DNA of 64,000 nucleotides from an uncultured Collinsella sp. (lineage in GTDB: Bacteria > Actinomycetota > Coriobacteriia > Coriobacteriales > Coriobacteriaceae): the NCBI GenBank assembly GCA_905211535.1, contig CAJMAZ010000001.1, positions 7,089 through 71,088 on the forward strand, given 5' to 3'. Below the pieces are notes generated by a model. That model made no database searches and had not been told where the DNA came from. It was given only the letters and a program-made list of their open reading frames with translations. This document shows, piece by piece, positions 8,143 to 17,556 of this stretch (position 1 is the first letter of the stretch; every line of letters starts with the position of its first letter). A program made the translations under genes and the position numbers.

Positions 8143-9057
8143 CTAGTGGGAGGCCTCGTCGTCGAGCGCGCGCTTGATGCGGTCGCCCTCGGCAAGGAGA
8201 TTCTCCAGATAGCGCTGGTCGCGGTCCTTAAGGGCGCGGCTGTAGGCGCCGAGCGATTCGATAAGATGGTCGATCTCGAAGGCGAGCGCATCGGCGTCGT
8301 CGATCATAAGCTCGGACCACATCTGAGGATTGAGGTGCGCCACGCGGGTGAGATCGCGGTAGCTTCCGGCCGAAAAGCCGTGGTGGACCTGGGCGGTGGG
8401 GCTCTTGACGTAGGCGTTGGATACCACGTGCGCAAGCTGGCTCGTGAAGGCGATGACGCGGTCGTGTTCGGCGGCGCTGGTCACGCTGAACTTGCCAAAG
8501 CCCAAGGGGCGCACCATCTCGCGCACCTGGCCCAAAAGCTCCAGCTTGAGCGCATCGTCCACCTCGGGTGGCACGAGCACGAGCGGGGCGCCCTGGAACA
8601 GGTCGGCGCGGGAGTGCGCATAGCCCGAGTACTGCGTGCCCGCCATGGGGTGCGCACCCACAAAGTAAAAGCCGTGCTCGCGGGCAAGCTCAAAGGCACG
8701 CTCGCACACGATGCCTTTGACGCCCACGGTGTCGATCACCACGGGACCCATGATGGCGTCGGTGTCGGTGGCGTCGGCGAGCGCCTGGGCGTGCGCCTCG
8801 AGCCACTCGATGCAGGCCTCGGGGTAGCAAGCCAGGACGATGATGTCGCATTCGCCGAGTGTCTTGTCGTTGAGCTCTCCGGCGACAGTGCCCATGCTGG
8901 CGGCCGTCATGACGTCCTCATCGGGGTCCCAGGCCAGCACGCGGACGCCCGCCTGCGCATAGCCGCGGGCAAAACTACCGCCGATGAGGCCAAGGCCGAC
9001 GATGCCGGCGCACTTAGGGCCGCCCTGGTTAACGCGCGCGTTTCTCACCGTACCCAT
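8143..9057 (-). CDS. tyrA: Prephenate dehydrogenase
   Basis: 304 aa, Rossmann IVGLGLIGGSFA, GAHPMAG motif. Confidence 0.9.
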   Translation of the reverse strand: MGTVRNARVNQGGPKCAGIVGLGLIGGSFARGYAQAGVRVLAWDPDEDVMTAASMGTVAGELNDKTLGECDIIVLACYPEACIEWLEAHAQALADATDTDAIMGPVVIDTVGVKGIVCERAFELAREHGFYFVGAHPMAGTQYSGYAHSRADLFQGAPLVLVPPEVDDALKLELLGQVREMVRPLGFGKFSVTSAAEHDRVIAFTSQLAHVVSNAYVKSPTAQVHHGFSAGSYRDLTRVAHLNPQMWSELMIDDADALAFEIDHLIESLGAYSRALKDRDQRYLENLLAEGDRIKRALDDEASH

Positions 9058-9060
9058 GGG

Positions 9061-10083
9061 CTACTCCATGGTCTCTTGGCAGACAACCTCGCGGATGGCT
9101 CGGATGCGGCGCATGGTGTCGTCGAACTGATCGGGGGTGAGGGCCTGGGCGCCGTCGGACCAGGCGCGGCTCGGCTCGTCGTGGACCTCGATCTCCAGGC
9201 CGTTGGCACCGCAGGCGGTCGCGGCGAGCGCCATGGGCTCAACGTAGCGGGTGTAACCGGTGGCGTGGCTGGGGTCGGCGACGACGGGCAGGTGCGACAG
9301 GTGGTGCAGCACCGGCACGGCGTTGAGGTCGAAGGTATTGCGGGTGCGGGTCTCGAAGGTGCGGATACCGCGCTCGCACAGAATGACGTTGTCGTTGCCC
9401 TCGCTCATGATGTACTCGGCGGCCATAAGCAGCTCGTCGATCGTGCCGGACATGCCGCGCTTGAGCAGAATCGGGGTCTGCGTCTTGCCGACCTCCTTGA
9501 GCAGGGGGAAGTTCTGGGCGTTGCGGGCGCCGATCTGCATGACGTCGATCTTCTTGTCCAAGAAGACCTGCACGTCGCGTGGGTCCATGATCTCGGTGAC
9601 GATTGGCATGTCGAGCTCGGCAGACGCCTCGCACAGCAGGTCGAGGCCGGCGGGGCCCATGCCCTGGTAGGCGTAGGGGGAGGTGCGGGGCTTGTAGGCA
9701 CCGCCGCGCAGCATCGTGGCGCCGGCGGCCTTCACGCGGCGTGCGATGCGGATGAGGTTCTCGCCCTCGACGGAGCAGGGACCGGCGATGACCTGGAACT
9801 GGTCGCCGCCGATCTTGACGCCGTGACCGCAGTCGATGACGGAGTCCTCGGGGTGGAACTTGCGGTTGGCGCGCTTGAACGGCTCGGAGACGCGCTGCAC
9901 GCGCTCGACGACATCCATGGACTCGAGCAGGAACGGGTCGATTTTGGTCGTATCGCCCACCAGGCCGATGATCGTCTCGTTCTCGCCGCGCGAGACATCG
10001 GTCTTCAGGCCCTTTTTCTCAATCCAGCTGACGATATGGCTGACGGCCTCGTCGCTGGCGCTCTGCTTTAAAATTGCAATCAT
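9061..10083 (-). CDS. aroF: 3-deoxy-7-phosphoheptulonate (DAHP) synthase, class I-beta with N-terminal ferredoxin-like regulatory domain
   Basis: KDO8P/DAHP-type barrel (AGPCSVE, LRGGAYKPRTSPY, DPSHATG) preceded by an about 65-aa FL domain as in the Thermotoga-type enzyme. Start moved to ATG 10081-10083 (GAGGTGAGAGG SD). Confidence 0.9.
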   Translation of the reverse strand: MIAILKQSASDEAVSHIVSWIEKKGLKTDVSRGENETIIGLVGDTTKIDPFLLESMDVVERVQRVSEPFKRANRKFHPEDSVIDCGHGVKIGGDQFQVIAGPCSVEGENLIRIARRVKAAGATMLRGGAYKPRTSPYAYQGMGPAGLDLLCEASAELDMPIVTEIMDPRDVQVFLDKKIDVMQIGARNAQNFPLLKEVGKTQTPILLKRGMSGTIDELLMAAEYIMSEGNDNVILCERGIRTFETRTRNTFDLNAVPVLHHLSHLPVVADPSHATGYTRYVEPMALAATACGANGLEIEVHDEPSRAWSDGAQALTPDQFDDTMRRIRAIREVVCQETME

Positions 10084-10115
10084 GGTGTGCCTCTCACCTC
10101 GATGGATAACTTTTG

Positions 10116-10140
10116 CAAAAACGGCCCGCATCGCGAGCCG
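10116..10140 (-). promoter_or_regulatory. Terminator-like hairpin in the aro operon leader (candidate attenuator)
   Basis: Minus strand CGGCTCGC-GAT-GCGGGCCG (8-bp stem) followed by TTTTTG, about 35 nt upstream of the aroF ATG. It lies inside a 20-codon uORF (10094..10156). Confidence 0.35.
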
Positions 10141-10246
10141 TGTATATATGGTGCATGAGAGTTTATACTATCTGACTCGCTTTTGCCTTCTAAAGTGGGC
10201 CGTTGCGCCGCGTCTTCCTCGGAATTGCAAAGCTTTTTCTTTTATT

Positions 10247-10276
10247 TTGATAGCCCGTGGTGCACTTGGGTATAAT
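10247..10276 (+). promoter_or_regulatory. Sigma-70-type promoter for tRNA-Arg(CCG)
   Basis: TTGATA (10247-10252), 18-bp spacer, TATAAT (10271-10276). AT-rich UP-like tract upstream. The tRNA starts 12 nt downstream. Confidence 0.55.
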
Positions 10277-10287
10277 GCCAAACGTTG

Positions 10288-10364
10288 GCCCTATTAGCTC
10301 AGGGGATTAGAGCGTCTGCCTCCGGAGCAGAAGGCCGTTGGTTCGAATCCAACATGGGGCACCA
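10288..10364 (+). tRNA. tRNA-Arg (anticodon CCG)
   Basis: 77-nt cloverleaf: acceptor GCCCTAT/ATGGGGC, anticodon stem TCTGC/GCAGA with loop CTCCGGA, T arm GTTGG-TTCGAAT-CCAAC, encoded CCA. Confidence 0.9.
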
Positions 10365-10375
10365 TCGAACGTAAG

Positions 10376-10412
10376 ACCGTCCGAACCTCGCATGGTCCGG
10401 GCGGTTTTTCTT
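10376..10412 (+). terminator. Rho-independent terminator after tRNA-Arg(CCG)
   Basis: ACCGTCCGAACC / GGTCCGGGCGGT stem followed by TTTTTCTT. Confidence 0.7.
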
Positions 10413-10425
10413 ATACCGACGCGAC

Positions 10426-13164
10426 GTGATGGGACGTGGTATGGCAGCAACGGATATCGAGCGCGGACTCTCGACCGCCGAGGTCGAGGAGCGCATCGCC
10501 GCCGGTAAAATCAACCGCAACATGGAGCTCAAGACCAAGTCGGTCAAAGAGCTCATCATCGAGAACCTCTGCACGCTGTTCAATTTGATCAACGTGATCT
10601 TGGCGTTTCTGGTCATTTTGACCGGTTCGTTTAAGAATCTGACGTTCCTGTTCGTGGTGTTTCTCAATACCGCCATTGGCGTCATTCAATCCATGCGCTC
10701 CAAGAAGATGGTCGATAAGCTCACGCTGCTGACCTCCAAGAAGGCCATCGCGGTGCGCGACGGCGCCGAGGTGGAGCTCGACCTGGACCAGATCGTGCTC
10801 GACGACATCATCCGCCTGGGGCGCGGCGACCAGATTCCCGCTGACGCCGTGGTGGTTTCGGGCGAGGCGCTCGTGAACGAGAGCCTGCTGACGGGCGAGA
10901 GCGACCTTATCAAGAAGCAGCCCGGTTCCGAGCTCATGAGCGGCAGCTTTATCGACTCGGGCCTGCTGCGCGCCCGCGTGATCCATGTCGGCGCCGACAA
11001 CTACGTGGCCAAAATTAATAACGAGGCCAAGTACGTCAAAAAGGTCAATTCCGAGATCATGAACGCGCTTAACGCCATCGTGCGCTTTGCGAGCATCATC
11101 ATGATCCCGCTCGGTTTGGCGTTGTTTGCCTCGAGTGTGAGCGAGCTGTGGGATGCCGCGGGAACCCCGGGCGATAGCGCGCTTTCGTGGTGCTTCTCCG
11201 AGCTGTTGGCTGGTCATGTGCCTTCGTCGGCGCTGCTGTCCACGGTGGGTGCCCTGCTGGGCATGATCCCGCAAGGCCTAGTGCTGCTGACCTCGTCGGT
11301 GCTCGCCATCGCCACGGTGCGCCTGGCCCGCCGCAAGGTGCTGGCGCAGCAGCTCTACTGCATCGAGACGCTCGCTCGCGTCGACGTGCTGTGCCTGGAC
11401 AAGACGGGCACCATTACCTCGGGTCGTATGGAGGTCGAGGGCACCTACCCGCTGCCGGTTGAGGGTGTTGGCTTTGGCGTGGACTCGGACGAGGCGGCTG
11501 TTCCCGTCGATACCACAGTGCTCGATTTCGCGCTGGCTAACGTCGCGCGTGCGACTTCGGCCGATGCCAACGAGACCTGCCAGGCGCTGCTCAACTATTA
11601 CGCCGATCGCCCGGTCGAGGTGTCTGAGCCGCTGTCGGTCATTCCGTTTTCGTCCTCCAAAAAGTGGAGCGGCGCGTCGTTTGCGCAGGGCTCCTATGTG
11701 ATGGGTGCAGCGCAGTTTGTGCTCTCTGATCGTGTGTTTGCCCAGGTCGAGAACCGTGTCGCCGAGCTTGCCGATACCTGCCGTGTGCTCGTGGTGGCGC
11801 GCGTGGACGGCTTTACGCCCGATGGCGATATGGTGGGCGAGGCCGAGCCCGTGGGCTTTGTGACCATCCGCGACGAGATTCGTACCTCGGCGGCCGAGAC
11901 CATCGGCTACTTTAACGAGCAGGGCGTGACCCTCAACGTGATCAGCGGCGACGACCCGCGTACGGTGTCGTCGATCGCGCGCGTGGTGGGCGTGCCGGGG
12001 GCGGACGCTTATGTGGACGCCACGACGCTCGATACGCCGGCCAAGCTCGATGCCGCAGTGGACCGCTACCATGTCTTTGGTCGTGTGACCCCGCAGCAGA
12101 AGCGCGAGCTCGTGCAGGCGCTCAAGCGCCGCGAGCACACCGTGGCCATGACGGGCGATGGCGTCAATGACGTGCTGGCGCTCAAGGAGGCCGACTGCTC
12201 CGTCGCCATGGCGGCCGGCTCCGATGCCGCGCGCAACGTGGCCGAGATCGTACTCGTCGACAACGACTTTGCCTCGATGCCCGCCGTGGTGGCCGAGGGC
12301 CGTCGCTCCATCAACAACCTGCAGCGTTCGGCCTCGCTGTTCCTTACCAAGACGCTGTTCTCGATGGGCCTGGCGGCGCTGTGCATTGCGCTGCCGCCGT
12401 ATCCCTTCGAGCCCATCCAGATGACGCTCATCAACTTCTTCTGCATCGGCGCGCCGGGCTTTGTGTTGGGCCTTGAGCCCAACAATGCTCGCGTGAAGGG
12501 TGCGTTTTTGACCAACGTACTCAAGCGTGCACTGCCGGCGTCAATTGCGGTCATTTTGGCTGCGGCGCTCGATATCTTTGTGGCGCGCGTGTTTGGCTTT
12601 AGCCAGCTCACGCTGTCTACGATGTGCCTGCTTACGTCGTGCGCGGCGAGCGTCAGTCTGATCTGGCGCATCTCGCAGCCGCTCACGCCCTTACGTGTTG
12701 TGCTCTTTGTGTTTGTAGTCGCCGGCATCCTGGTGGGCGTTATCGGATTTCCGGAGCTGCTGTCCATTGCCAACCTGTCGATGGGTCAGATGGTTATCTT
12801 GGCTGTCATCGTGGTCTTTACCTGCTCGGTGTTCTTTAAGCTGGCCACGATGATGGATTCGCTCAAGCCGCGTCGTCGTCATGCCGCAACTGGTTTTGGC
12901 CGTGGTGTGCGCGTCCACCTGGGTCGCGGTGGCGGCAAGGTGAGCTCGACGGGTTCGACGGCCGAGCGTTTTGCCAAGCGCGTCGCCGCCGACATGGCGC
13001 AGCGCCGCGAAGATCGCACCGCTCGCGAGGCCGAGGCCCGCGCACTCGAGGGCGTGGCCCAGGCCCAGCCCAAGAAAAAGAAGAGTACCGGAGCCAAGCG
13101 CTCTCGCGTGACCAAGTCCGCCCAAGGCATCAAAGTCTCGATGCCAAGCAAAAAGAAGAAGTAA
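10426..13164 (+). CDS. Cation-transporting P-type ATPase (P2/HAD-IC family), with a basic C-terminal tail
   Basis: 912 aa. TGES actuator motif, DKTGTIT phosphorylation site, MTGDGVNDVLALKEAD hinge, multiple TM segments. Start could be 10426, 10429 or 10441. Confidence 0.9.
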   Translation: MMGRGMAATDIERGLSTAEVEERIAAGKINRNMELKTKSVKELIIENLCTLFNLINVILAFLVILTGSFKNLTFLFVVFLNTAIGVIQSMRSKKMVDKLTLLTSKKAIAVRDGAEVELDLDQIVLDDIIRLGRGDQIPADAVVVSGEALVNESLLTGESDLIKKQPGSELMSGSFIDSGLLRARVIHVGADNYVAKINNEAKYVKKVNSEIMNALNAIVRFASIIMIPLGLALFASSVSELWDAAGTPGDSALSWCFSELLAGHVPSSALLSTVGALLGMIPQGLVLLTSSVLAIATVRLARRKVLAQQLYCIETLARVDVLCLDKTGTITSGRMEVEGTYPLPVEGVGFGVDSDEAAVPVDTTVLDFALANVARATSADANETCQALLNYYADRPVEVSEPLSVIPFSSSKKWSGASFAQGSYVMGAAQFVLSDRVFAQVENRVAELADTCRVLVVARVDGFTPDGDMVGEAEPVGFVTIRDEIRTSAAETIGYFNEQGVTLNVISGDDPRTVSSIARVVGVPGADAYVDATTLDTPAKLDAAVDRYHVFGRVTPQQKRELVQALKRREHTVAMTGDGVNDVLALKEADCSVAMAAGSDAARNVAEIVLVDNDFASMPAVVAEGRRSINNLQRSASLFLTKTLFSMGLAALCIALPPYPFEPIQMTLINFFCIGAPGFVLGLEPNNARVKGAFLTNVLKRALPASIAVILAAALDIFVARVFGFSQLTLSTMCLLTSCAASVSLIWRISQPLTPLRVVLFVFVVAGILVGVIGFPELLSIANLSMGQMVILAVIVVFTCSVFFKLATMMDSLKPRRRHAATGFGRGVRVHLGRGGGKVSSTGSTAERFAKRVAADMAQRREDRTAREAEARALEGVAQAQPKKKKSTGAKRSRVTKSAQGIKVSMPSKKKK

Positions 13165-13246
13165 CTACGCGCCCTGGCGATGTTGAATTGGTGCCTTGCT
13201 CCTGTGGGGCCGTGGCGATGTTATGCTCTAACCTCGATCGTTTGAA

Positions 13247-14410
13247 TTGCTTCGAAAAGAGGATGCCGTGATCTGCCCGCATTGCCTTAAGACTATCGAG
13301 GACGGCGCCTCGTTCTGCCCCTACTGCAACGCCTATGTGGGTCCGGGCGATGGCCCCGAGCACACCGAGTTCGTGTTCTGTGAGGGCTGCGGTGCCCGTC
13401 TTTCTCCGCATGATCGTACGTGCCCCAAATGCGGACGCCCCGCTCCGGGTATCCTCTCCGAGGACGCGGCCGCATCCGACCTGGCAGCGGGCCGCACGGC
13501 GGGTTTTCCGCGCCTAACGCAAGAGCAGATCGATACCGAGGTGCCTCATGCGCCCGCCTCTGCCGCTGCGGTGCTTTCGGACGCCGCCGACCCCAATGAG
13601 ACCTGCGTGCTGCCGGCTTTCGATAAGGATTTCGGTATCCCCAAGGTCGATATTCCCACGCCCGTTTCCCTGCATGACGATGCTCAAAAACCCAAGCGCA
13701 AAGTGCATCCCGACGAGGACGCCTATCACAAGCACAAGCGTCATATCCCCAAGCCGCTCATTATCATCGCGGTCCTTGCCGTCGTTTGCGGCGGTGTCTA
13801 TTGGTTCGTGACAACCGATCCCATGGGCGTCATGCCTGGCTTCTACGACCAGTTTGGCCAAGCTGCACAAACCACCTTCCCCACGCGCCAAAAGGGCGAG
13901 GCGACTGAGGACGATACCAAGCAGGACGATTCTGCCGAGGTAGTCCAGGAAGAAACCGTGCTAACCGATGATCAGCTCTATACCAGGCTCGACGGTCTGT
14001 ATCAGACCATCGTGTCCTACGGTGACGAGGACCAGATCGGTGAGGTCATCGATTCCTTTAACAACGGCTATCTCCGAACGCCGCTGTCCACCCGTCAGGA
14101 GCTGTCGCAGAGTGCCTACGCCCTGCGCGACCAGATCAAAAAGACGCAAGATGAGCTCAACAACCTTAAGTACCAGGACGATACGGTCTATGCGGACGAC
14201 ATCGCCCACTTAAAGCAGCTTGCCGAGTGGATGTATGAGCGCGTCGACGTGATCTGCCAGAGCTGGGACATCTCGCTGGCCATTCCCGATGGCGAGTCGA
14301 TGAGTTCTCACCAAAGCGAGATCCTGGCGCCCATCGCGCAGAGCGGCAACAGTGCGCTGAACCAGTACGACGCCAATGTGGGTTCCTGGAAGCCGCAGCA
14401 GCGTTCCTAA
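13247..14410 (+). CDS. Double zinc-ribbon, single-pass membrane protein of unknown function
   Basis: CPHC..CPYC and CEGC..CPKC ribbons, TM helix IIIAVLAVVCGGVYWFV, about 190-aa extracytoplasmic domain with no motif I recognise. GTG 13268, behind AAGAGGA, is an alternative start. Confidence 0.7.
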   Translation: MLRKEDAVICPHCLKTIEDGASFCPYCNAYVGPGDGPEHTEFVFCEGCGARLSPHDRTCPKCGRPAPGILSEDAAASDLAAGRTAGFPRLTQEQIDTEVPHAPASAAAVLSDAADPNETCVLPAFDKDFGIPKVDIPTPVSLHDDAQKPKRKVHPDEDAYHKHKRHIPKPLIIIAVLAVVCGGVYWFVTTDPMGVMPGFYDQFGQAAQTTFPTRQKGEATEDDTKQDDSAEVVQEETVLTDDQLYTRLDGLYQTIVSYGDEDQIGEVIDSFNNGYLRTPLSTRQELSQSAYALRDQIKKTQDELNNLKYQDDTVYADDIAHLKQLAEWMYERVDVICQSWDISLAIPDGESMSSHQSEILAPIAQSGNSALNQYDANVGSWKPQQRS

Positions 14411-14448
14411 AATTAGTTCGCCATAGTCGGCATAATCTACGTGCGCAA

Positions 14449-14478
14449 TTGATGTAAGCGCATGCTTATTGCTACAAT
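14449..14478 (+). promoter_or_regulatory. Candidate promoter for ppiB
   Basis: TTGATG (14449-14454), 18-bp spacer, TACAAT (14473-14478). Confidence 0.35.
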
Positions 14479-14517
14479 TTGTACAAATATGCTTTAAACG
14501 CACGAGGAAGGAACCAC

Positions 14518-15060
14518 ATGTTTGGTTTTAAGAAAGAGCTCTACACGCCCGAGTATCAGCTTGCCGGCGACGAGTGCGCCGTTATCGAGACGTCGAAGGG
14601 TACCATCAAGGTCAAGTTTGACGGCGAGGGCGCTCCCATTCATGTCGCGAACTTCTGCGAGCTTTCCACGATGGGTTTCTATGATGGCCTTAAGTTCCAT
14701 CGTTATGTGCCCGGCTTTGTCATTCAGGGCGGCGACCCCAATACCCGCGATATGTCCGGCGCCGACGTCGCTGCCGGTCTTGAGGGCCCCGACGGCATGC
14801 CCGGTACCGGTGGCCCCGGCTACTGCATCAAGGGTGAGTTTGCCACCAATCCGCGCAACAGCCATGTCGATGGTGCCCTTGCCATGGCACGCTCCATGGA
14901 CCCCGATTCCGCGGGTTCGCAGTTCTACTTCTGCCTGGGTGCCCAGCATAACCTCGATTCCGGTTACACCGTCTTTGGCACCACGGTCGAGGGTCTCGAT
15001 GTGATTTCGCAGCTGCGTGCCGGCGACGAGATCGTCCATGTCGAGATCGTTCACGAGTAA
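14518..15060 (+). CDS. ppiB: Peptidyl-prolyl cis-trans isomerase, cyclophilin type
   Basis: FHRYVPGFVIQGGDP, GSQFYF motifs. Start moved to ATG 14518 (GAGGAAGG SD). 180 aa. Confidence 0.9.
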   Translation: MFGFKKELYTPEYQLAGDECAVIETSKGTIKVKFDGEGAPIHVANFCELSTMGFYDGLKFHRYVPGFVIQGGDPNTRDMSGADVAAGLEGPDGMPGTGGPGYCIKGEFATNPRNSHVDGALAMARSMDPDSAGSQFYFCLGAQHNLDSGYTVFGTTVEGLDVISQLRAGDEIVHVEIVHE

Positions 15061-15071
15061 AGGGGACTTCC

Positions 15072-16376
15072 TTGAATAGCCAGCTGATCCAACAGGGCCG
15101 CGCCGCTTACCGCGCGGGTGATTTTTCCGCTGCAGCCCAGATGCTTGGGGCGGCAAAGACTCCCGATGAGATTATGGGCGAGGCCGATCACCTTCGTGGC
15201 AACGCCTTGATGCACCTGGGTATGTATGCCGAGGCCGCCGAGGCCTATGCCGCCGCCCTCAACGACGGCACCTATGGCAAGCGCGGCGCGCTGCTCACCA
15301 ACCGCGGTAAGGCACTCGCCGCCGTGGGCGACTACACGACGGCCGCCCAGGCGTTCTCTGCCGCTACGCAGGACGCTTCCTATGCCACGCCGTTCAAGGC
15401 CTATCTGGGCCTGGGCAATGCGCTGTTCCAGTCGGGCGACTATGCCAACGCGGGAACCGCCTTCCGTCAGGCTGCCATCGACGGCGCCAATCCGGCTCCT
15501 GCCGGCGCACTCGGCGAACTTGGTCGTTGCTTCATTAAGCTCGGCCGTCCGGCGGATGCCGTGGAGACCTACCGCACGGCTATCGACTTTGCCGGCCCCC
15601 GCGACGACACGCGTGCGCTCAACGCCGGCATGGGCCAGGCGCTTTCTGCCGCCGGCCGTCCCTCCGACGCACTCGACGCCTTTAACGCCGCTACTGCCGA
15701 TGGCATCTATCAGCTCACCTCCGAGCAGGCCGATGAGCTTGCCCGCGTGCACGATTCGCTTGCCGCGCTGTCTGCCCAGACGGCCATGGCCACGGCTCCG
15801 GCGCCCGCGATGGACGCTCCTGCCGTCGATCCGCTCGATCCTACGGGCGCGACCGGCCAGTTTATGCCCGATCCCTCGGACACCGGTTTCTTTACGCTGT
15901 CCGAGTCCGAGATGGTCCAGCAGGACCGTCAGGATCGTAAGCAGGCCAAGGTCCGTCGTCGCCATCGCCACACGGGTCTCAAAATCTTTATTGTGCTGCT
16001 TCTGCTCCTTTTGATCGCCGCGGGCGGTCTGGGCTTTGCCTACACGCGCGGCTTTGGCTTCCCGTCTCAGGAGTCTGTGGTTACCGATCTGTTCCAGGCT
16101 GCCGGCGACGGTGACACCGCAAAGGCCGAGTCTTGCCTGGCCTCGAGCCTGTCCGAGGACGCTAAGTCGATGATCATCTCTTCGATTCCGCAGGGTGCCA
16201 CCGTGTCCGTCGAGGGCATGGATCAGTCCATGACCGAGACGACCGCCAAGGTTAAGGCGTCGCTGTCCAAGGGCGGCGAGCAGGAGTACACCGTCAAATT
16301 CGTGCGCTCCGACAACCATATCGGCTGGGCCGTTTCCTCGCTCGATATGGATTTCTCGGCTGCTGACAACCAGTAG
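15072..16376 (+). CDS. TPR-repeat membrane-anchored protein of unknown function
   Basis: 434 aa, TTG start. N-terminal about 230 aa of TPR-like A/Y/G-rich repeats, TM helix IFIVLLLLLLIAAGGLGFAY, then an about 110-aa C-terminal domain. Confidence 0.7.
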   Translation: MNSQLIQQGRAAYRAGDFSAAAQMLGAAKTPDEIMGEADHLRGNALMHLGMYAEAAEAYAAALNDGTYGKRGALLTNRGKALAAVGDYTTAAQAFSAATQDASYATPFKAYLGLGNALFQSGDYANAGTAFRQAAIDGANPAPAGALGELGRCFIKLGRPADAVETYRTAIDFAGPRDDTRALNAGMGQALSAAGRPSDALDAFNAATADGIYQLTSEQADELARVHDSLAALSAQTAMATAPAPAMDAPAVDPLDPTGATGQFMPDPSDTGFFTLSESEMVQQDRQDRKQAKVRRRHRHTGLKIFIVLLLLLLIAAGGLGFAYTRGFGFPSQESVVTDLFQAAGDGDTAKAESCLASSLSEDAKSMIISSIPQGATVSVEGMDQSMTETTAKVKASLSKGGEQEYTVKFVRSDNHIGWAVSSLDMDFSAADNQ

Positions 16377-16398
16377 TGACCTTATGGGATTTAGCTTT

Positions 16399-16433
16399 GC
16401 CCGGCGCTTCACCGCAAGTGAGGTGCCGGGCTT
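16399..16433 (+). terminator. Hairpin after the TPR gene (weak U-tract)
   Basis: 14-bp stem GCCCGGCGCTTCAC / GTGAGGTGCCGGGC followed by TTGCGC. Confidence 0.45.
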
Positions 16434-16491
16434 GCGCTAGTATCATGAGCTAGTAGTTTTCCAGCAATCATCCAACACATCAGGAGTTGCG

Positions 16492-17535
16492 TTGTTTTCT
16501 TTGATGGATATGTTCTTCGGTAGCTATGCGGGCGATCTTGCCATCGACCTCGGCACCGCAAATACGCTTGTCTCCGTGCGCGGCAAGGGTATCGTCATTC
16601 GCGAGCCCTCCGTCGTCGCCATCGACAAGAACGACGAGCGCATCCTGGCGGTCGGTATCGAGGCAAAGCGCATGCTCGGCCGTACGCCCGGCAACATCGT
16701 GGCTGTTCGTCCCCTGAAGGACGGCGTCATCGCCGACTTCGATGTTACCGAGGCCATGCTTCGCTACTTTATCGACAAGGCGTCCGAGAAGCGCTATCCG
16801 TGGACCCCGCGTCCGCGCGTTGTCGTCTGCGTTCCCTCCGGCGTCACGTCGGTCGAGAAGCGTGCCGTCTTTGAGGCCACGATCCAGGCTGGCGCTCGCC
16901 AGGCCTACCTGATCGAGGAGCCCATGGCTGCCGCTATCGGCGCCGACCTGCCCGTCGAGGAGCCCACCGGCTCCATGGTCATCGACATCGGTGGCGGTAC
17001 CACCGAGGTCGCTGTTATCGCCATGGGCGGCATCGTCGTCTCGCAGTCTATCCGTATTGCCGGTGACGAGTTCGATCAGGCCATCCTCACGCACGTTCGC
17101 GATGCCTATAACCTGGCCATCGGCGAGCGTACGGCAGAGGACATCAAGATCAAGGTCGGCTCCGCCGTGCCGCTCAAGGACGAGCTCGACGTCGAGGTCA
17201 ACGGCCGCGACGTGATTACCGGTCTGCCCAAGACCGTTCGCATCGAGAGCGAGGAGATCCGTCGCGCACTCAACAAGCCGCTCGACGAGATGGCCAAGGC
17301 CGTCAAGGACGCACTCGACGCTACGCCTCCCGATCTTGCCTCGGACCTTATGTACTACGGTATTTTGCTGACCGGTGGCGGCGCGCTGCTGCGCGGTCTC
17401 GACGTGCGCTTGCGCGATGAGACCGGCGTTTCGGTCAACGTCAGCCCCACGGCGCTCGATAACGTTGTTAACGGCTGTGCCCGTGTGCTCGAGGCCAATG
17501 CGTTTGATGGCGGCTTCGTCCAGACCAATGCTTAA
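16492..17535 (+). CDS. mreB: Rod shape-determining protein MreB
   Basis: Actin-like ATPase motifs DLGTANTLV, DIGGGTTEVAV, LTGGGALLRGLD. ATG 16504 or 16510 are alternative starts. Confidence 0.95.
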   Translation: MFSLMDMFFGSYAGDLAIDLGTANTLVSVRGKGIVIREPSVVAIDKNDERILAVGIEAKRMLGRTPGNIVAVRPLKDGVIADFDVTEAMLRYFIDKASEKRYPWTPRPRVVVCVPSGVTSVEKRAVFEATIQAGARQAYLIEEPMAAAIGADLPVEEPTGSMVIDIGGGTTEVAVIAMGGIVVSQSIRIAGDEFDQAILTHVRDAYNLAIGERTAEDIKIKVGSAVPLKDELDVEVNGRDVITGLPKTVRIESEEIRRALNKPLDEMAKAVKDALDATPPDLASDLMYYGILLTGGGALLRGLDVRLRDETGVSVNVSPTALDNVVNGCARVLEANAFDGGFVQTNA

Positions 17536-17556
17536 TTTCCAAAAGGTGGATTCCAT

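Noticed and set aside
10084-10287. T-box or riboswitch upstream of the aromatic operon
   Set aside because: No T-box consensus, specifier-loop architecture or known riboswitch core is visible. The leader is only about 70-80 nt if the proposed -10 is correct.
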